From contig DXER01000081.1 of assembly GCA_019114805.1 (NCBI GenBank), positions 12,976 through 76,975 of the forward strand: 64,000 nt of DNA, read 5' to 3'. This document shows positions 61,311 through 64,000 of this stretch, one piece after another (within the stretch, counting starts at the first letter, position 1; every line of letters starts with the position of its first letter). Both the position numbers and the translations under genes were made by a program. The notes under the pieces were generated by a model. The model was not told the DNA's origin, made no database searches, and was given only the letters and a program-made list of their open reading frames with translations. The stretch comes from Candidatus Megamonas gallistercoris. Lineage in GTDB: Bacteria > Bacillota > Negativicutes > Selenomonadales > Selenomonadaceae.

Positions 61311-62816
61311 TTAAATTTGGCTGTGTTTTACTGAATCGAAAGTATCGGTAATTTCCTTTGCCGGTTCTTTATCGAGTTTGCTGAATATTATAATAGCAAG
61401 TGAAGAGAACACAAATCCCGGTACGATTTCATACAATTTTAAAATAGGATAGATATTGGCGATATCAAGTCCTGTTATCTGTTTCCAGATGAGAACAGTA
61501 ATCCCGCCGACAATCATACCGGCTAATATACCGTTTCGGGTAGTACGGCGCCAGAACAGAGAGAATAAAAGCGCCGGTCCGAATGTAGAGCCGAAACCTG
61601 CCCATGCGTACGCAACGATATTTAGGATGGAGTTGTTCGGGTCAAGGCCCAGAGCAATGGCAATAAGAGCGATGCCGACAACGGAAAGACGCGTTACAAG
61701 AACAAGCTCGCGCGGATTGATATCTTTATGGATGAACTGTTTGTATAAATCCTGTGCTACGGCGGAAGCACCGACAAGAAGCTGTGAGGAAGCAGTGCTC
61801 ATAATTGCCGCAAGTACGGCGGAAAGTACGATACCTGCCCAAAACGGACTGAACAGCTGGTCTGTCATAACAAGAAATACAGTTTCGGAATTTGTGCCGG
61901 TGAGCGGTGTAGTTAAATATACACTGCCGACCATGCCGACAAGTACGGCACAGGCAAGCGAGATTACAACCCAGGTCATAGCGATGCGGGTAGCTTTTTT
62001 CAATTCATTGGAAGAATGTATCGCCATGAAACGGACAAGAATATGCGGTTGGCCGAAATAACCGAGTCCCCATGCCAAAAGGGAAATGAGTTCAAGAGCT
62101 GACATGAAACTGCCGTCCGGTTTTAAAAATGGATTGAAGAAATCCATATGGGCGATAGAAATAGCCGTATACGTTTCGGAAAATCCTCCCAGACTGAAAG
62201 CGGCCGCTATCGGAACGACTAAAATAGCGAAAAACATCATCACGCCTTGAATAAAATCTGTCCAGCATACAGCGAGGAAACCGCCGACAAAGGTATAAAA
62301 AACGATAACGAAAGCACCAAGGCATAGTGCATATTCATACGGAATGCCGAAAATAGTGGTAAATAATTTACCGCCGGCAACAAAACCGGATGAAGTGTAA
62401 ATGATGAAGAAAATCAGAATGAAAATTGCCATTACCACACGGATAAGCGGGCTTTTATCATGATAGCGGTTTTGCAAAAAGTCGGGTAAGGTCAGCGAAT
62501 TGCTGGCAAGTTCAGTGTATTTGCGCAGACGGCGCGCAATGAACTGCCAGTTTGCCCAAGTGCCGAGTGCCAATCCTACGGCAATCCAGCCGGCATTAAG
62601 TCCTGCAAGATAGGCAAAACCCGGCAGACCCATGAGCATCCATCCGCTCATATCCGAAGCTTCAGCACTCATGGAAGTAACCCATGCACCGAGTTTGCGT
62701 CCGCCTAAGATGTAATCTGACATATTATGAGTGCGATAATAGAAATAAACACCTATTGCCATCATGAATAATAAGTATAACAAAAAGGCAATAATAATAG
62801 CTATACTGTCTGTCAT
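61311..62816 (-). CDS. putP: Sodium/proline symporter
   Basis: SAEASDMSGWMLMGLPG, WTDFIQG, GYFGQPHILVRFM, AAIMSTA. Confidence 0.95.
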   Translation of the reverse strand: MTDSIAIIIAFLLYLLFMMAIGVYFYYRTHNMSDYILGGRKLGAWVTSMSAEASDMSGWMLMGLPGFAYLAGLNAGWIAVGLALGTWANWQFIARRLRKYTELASNSLTLPDFLQNRYHDKSPLIRVVMAIFILIFFIIYTSSGFVAGGKLFTTIFGIPYEYALCLGAFVIVFYTFVGGFLAVCWTDFIQGVMMFFAILVVPIAAAFSLGGFSETYTAISIAHMDFFNPFLKPDGSFMSALELISLLAWGLGYFGQPHILVRFMAIHSSNELKKATRIAMTWVVISLACAVLVGMVGSVYLTTPLTGTNSETVFLVMTDQLFSPFWAGIVLSAVLAAIMSTASSQLLVGASAVAQDLYKQFIHKDINPRELVLVTRLSVVGIALIAIALGLDPNNSILNIVAYAWAGFGSTFGPALLFSLFWRRTTRNGILAGMIVGGITVLIWKQITGLDIANIYPILKLYEIVPGFVFSSLAIIIFSKLDKEPAKEITDTFDSVKHSQI

Positions 62817-62849
62817 AAAACTCCTCCTAAAAATAAATTTTTATTTTAC

Positions 62850-63116
62850 GTTCATTTTTCTTTTGAAAGGCCAAAAGAAAACCGAACTGAAAAAGAAAAA
62901 CCTTTTCTTTTAACGTTTCGCTATCGCTGCACTGAGCGAGTTTTCGGGGCTTTTTTATAAATCCAGCCGGTATAAAAGCTCGAAACGTTTGGAATTTAGC
63001 TCGTGTCTTCAGGTATTTAACAAGAACTGAAACTTGAGCTGTGGACACGATAAGTCGCCAGTCGTGCTGAAACTATATTCCGCATTTTTTTCTTTAAAGG
63101 AAATATTTTAAGCGGA
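62850..63116 (-). repeat. Diverged, internally shortened copy of the 4438-4966 element (inverted)
   Basis: Aligns with reverse complement of ~4600-4966: TAACGTTTCGCT..CGCTGCACTG, GCTCGAAAC.TTTGGAATTTAGCTCGTG, TGTGGACAC. Confidence 0.8.
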
Positions 63117-63403
63117 CTACGAATTAAGGCATTTCTTTAAACCAACCAGCACAACAGATAAATAATATTTTATCATGATAAAGCGATAATGTACATAGAA
63201 CGAAGCAATGTTAATTTGTAAAATATGTATTTTGGGTTTTATTCGTTTTAATCTTTACAGGATAAGACTTTTTCGGCTGCTTTCATGTATACAAAAAACT
63301 TTTTAATTTATCATTGACAAATAAAATGTCTAATCATATAATATAAAACATCAACAGGAAAACACAAATAAAATAACTGTTGACAAAGAAAATAATGCAG
63401 AAT

Positions 63404-63468
63404 AAGACAAAGGCGTCTTGTTGAAGAATATACAATGGAGTATATTTTTCGACAAGACGCTTTTTTTT
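63404..63468 (+). promoter_or_regulatory. ANTAR-type dual-hairpin antiterminator/terminator upstream of amtB
   Basis: AAGAC-AAAGGC-GTCTT and AATATAC-AATGGA-GTATATT hexaloop hairpins overlapping terminator GCGTCTTGTTGAAG...TTTCGACAAGACGC-T8. Confidence 0.75.
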
Positions 63469-63523
63469 GTTATTATTATACGATTTTCCTTATTCTGCGC
63501 CAAAGAAGAAAGGGTGTATATTG

Positions 63524-64000
63524 ATGAAAAAGCTATGGTCTATTTTAACCATGAGTGCTATGTGTCTGGCTCTGACGGCATCCGTCGCTTTTGCAGCCGA
63601 TGGTGAAACGGCACTTGATACGGGTGATACTGCCTGGGTGCTAATCAGTGCAGCACTTGTATTTTTAATGACTCCGGGACTGGCGTTTTTCTATGGCGGT
63701 ATGGTCAGAAGTAAAAACGTGCTCAGTACGATTATGCACAGTTTCTTCATTGTAGCAATGATTTCTGTGGAATGGGTCATTTTAGGCTATGCCATGACGT
63801 TTGGCAGTGATATTGGCGGTTTTATCGGCAGTCTTGATAAAATCGGTTTGGCAGGTGTAGGACTGCAGGTAATAGAAGGCGGCACAATTCCGGAACTTGC
63901 TTTCGTAGCATTTCAGTGCATGTTTGCCGTTATCACTCCGGCACTTATTACAGGCGCATTTGCTGAACGTATAAGATTTAGTGCGTTTGTACTGTTCATT
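63524..64000 (+). CDS. amtB: Ammonium transporter (partial, runs off window end)
   Basis: Manual translation MKKLWS...DTGDTAWVLISAALVFLMTPGLAFFYGGMVRSKN...FQCMFAVITPALITGAFAER. Confidence 0.95.
   Translation, partial: MKKLWSILTMSAMCLALTASVAFAADGETALDTGDTAWVLISAALVFLMTPGLAFFYGGMVRSKNVLSTIMHSFFIVAMISVEWVILGYAMTFGSDIGGFIGSLDKIGLAGVGLQVIEGGTIPELAFVAFQCMFAVITPALITGAFAERIRFSAFVLFI

Noticed and set aside
62827-63048. 73-aa minus-strand ORF upstream of putP
   Set aside because: Falls inside the repeat copy; no RBS; frame not preserved in the other copy

Overview
Chromosomal segment of a low-GC Firmicute with an outer membrane (OmpH/Skp present), most likely Negativicutes/Selenomonadales, Megamonas-like (inference). 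Mostly housekeeping and metabolic genes: a redox-detox cluster (aldo/keto reductases, CMD protein, MerR, Tat-exported DUF362), csp, cstA, tRNA-Ser, a corA operon, ispE-gntR, glmU-prs, uppP, a ygiW/two-component pair, a clostridial-type xylose/pentose locus, Moco/tatA genes, a heavy-metal P-type ATPase, a cobalamin-riboswitch-controlled cbi operon, walJ-htrA-rlmH, fur/perR, glnS, putP and a partial amtB. Highlights: (1) a ~530-bp non-coding, multi-hairpin element with inverted ends and two diverged partial copies elsewhere in the window; (2) an IS607 element with an internally deleted tnpA but intact TnpB and omega-RNA, inserted inside the Shine-Dalgarno of a flavodoxin gene; (3) a candidate leader-peptide/alternative-hairpin attenuator upstream of corA; (4) a stand-alone small protein resembling the Crn4 ring-nuclease family; (5) several readable regulatory sites (ANTAR, OmpR-type, LacI, CsoR, MerR, Fur/Per). 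No CRISPR array or rRNA was seen. All alignments and folds were done by eye, and product calls rest on motif recognition rather than database searches.
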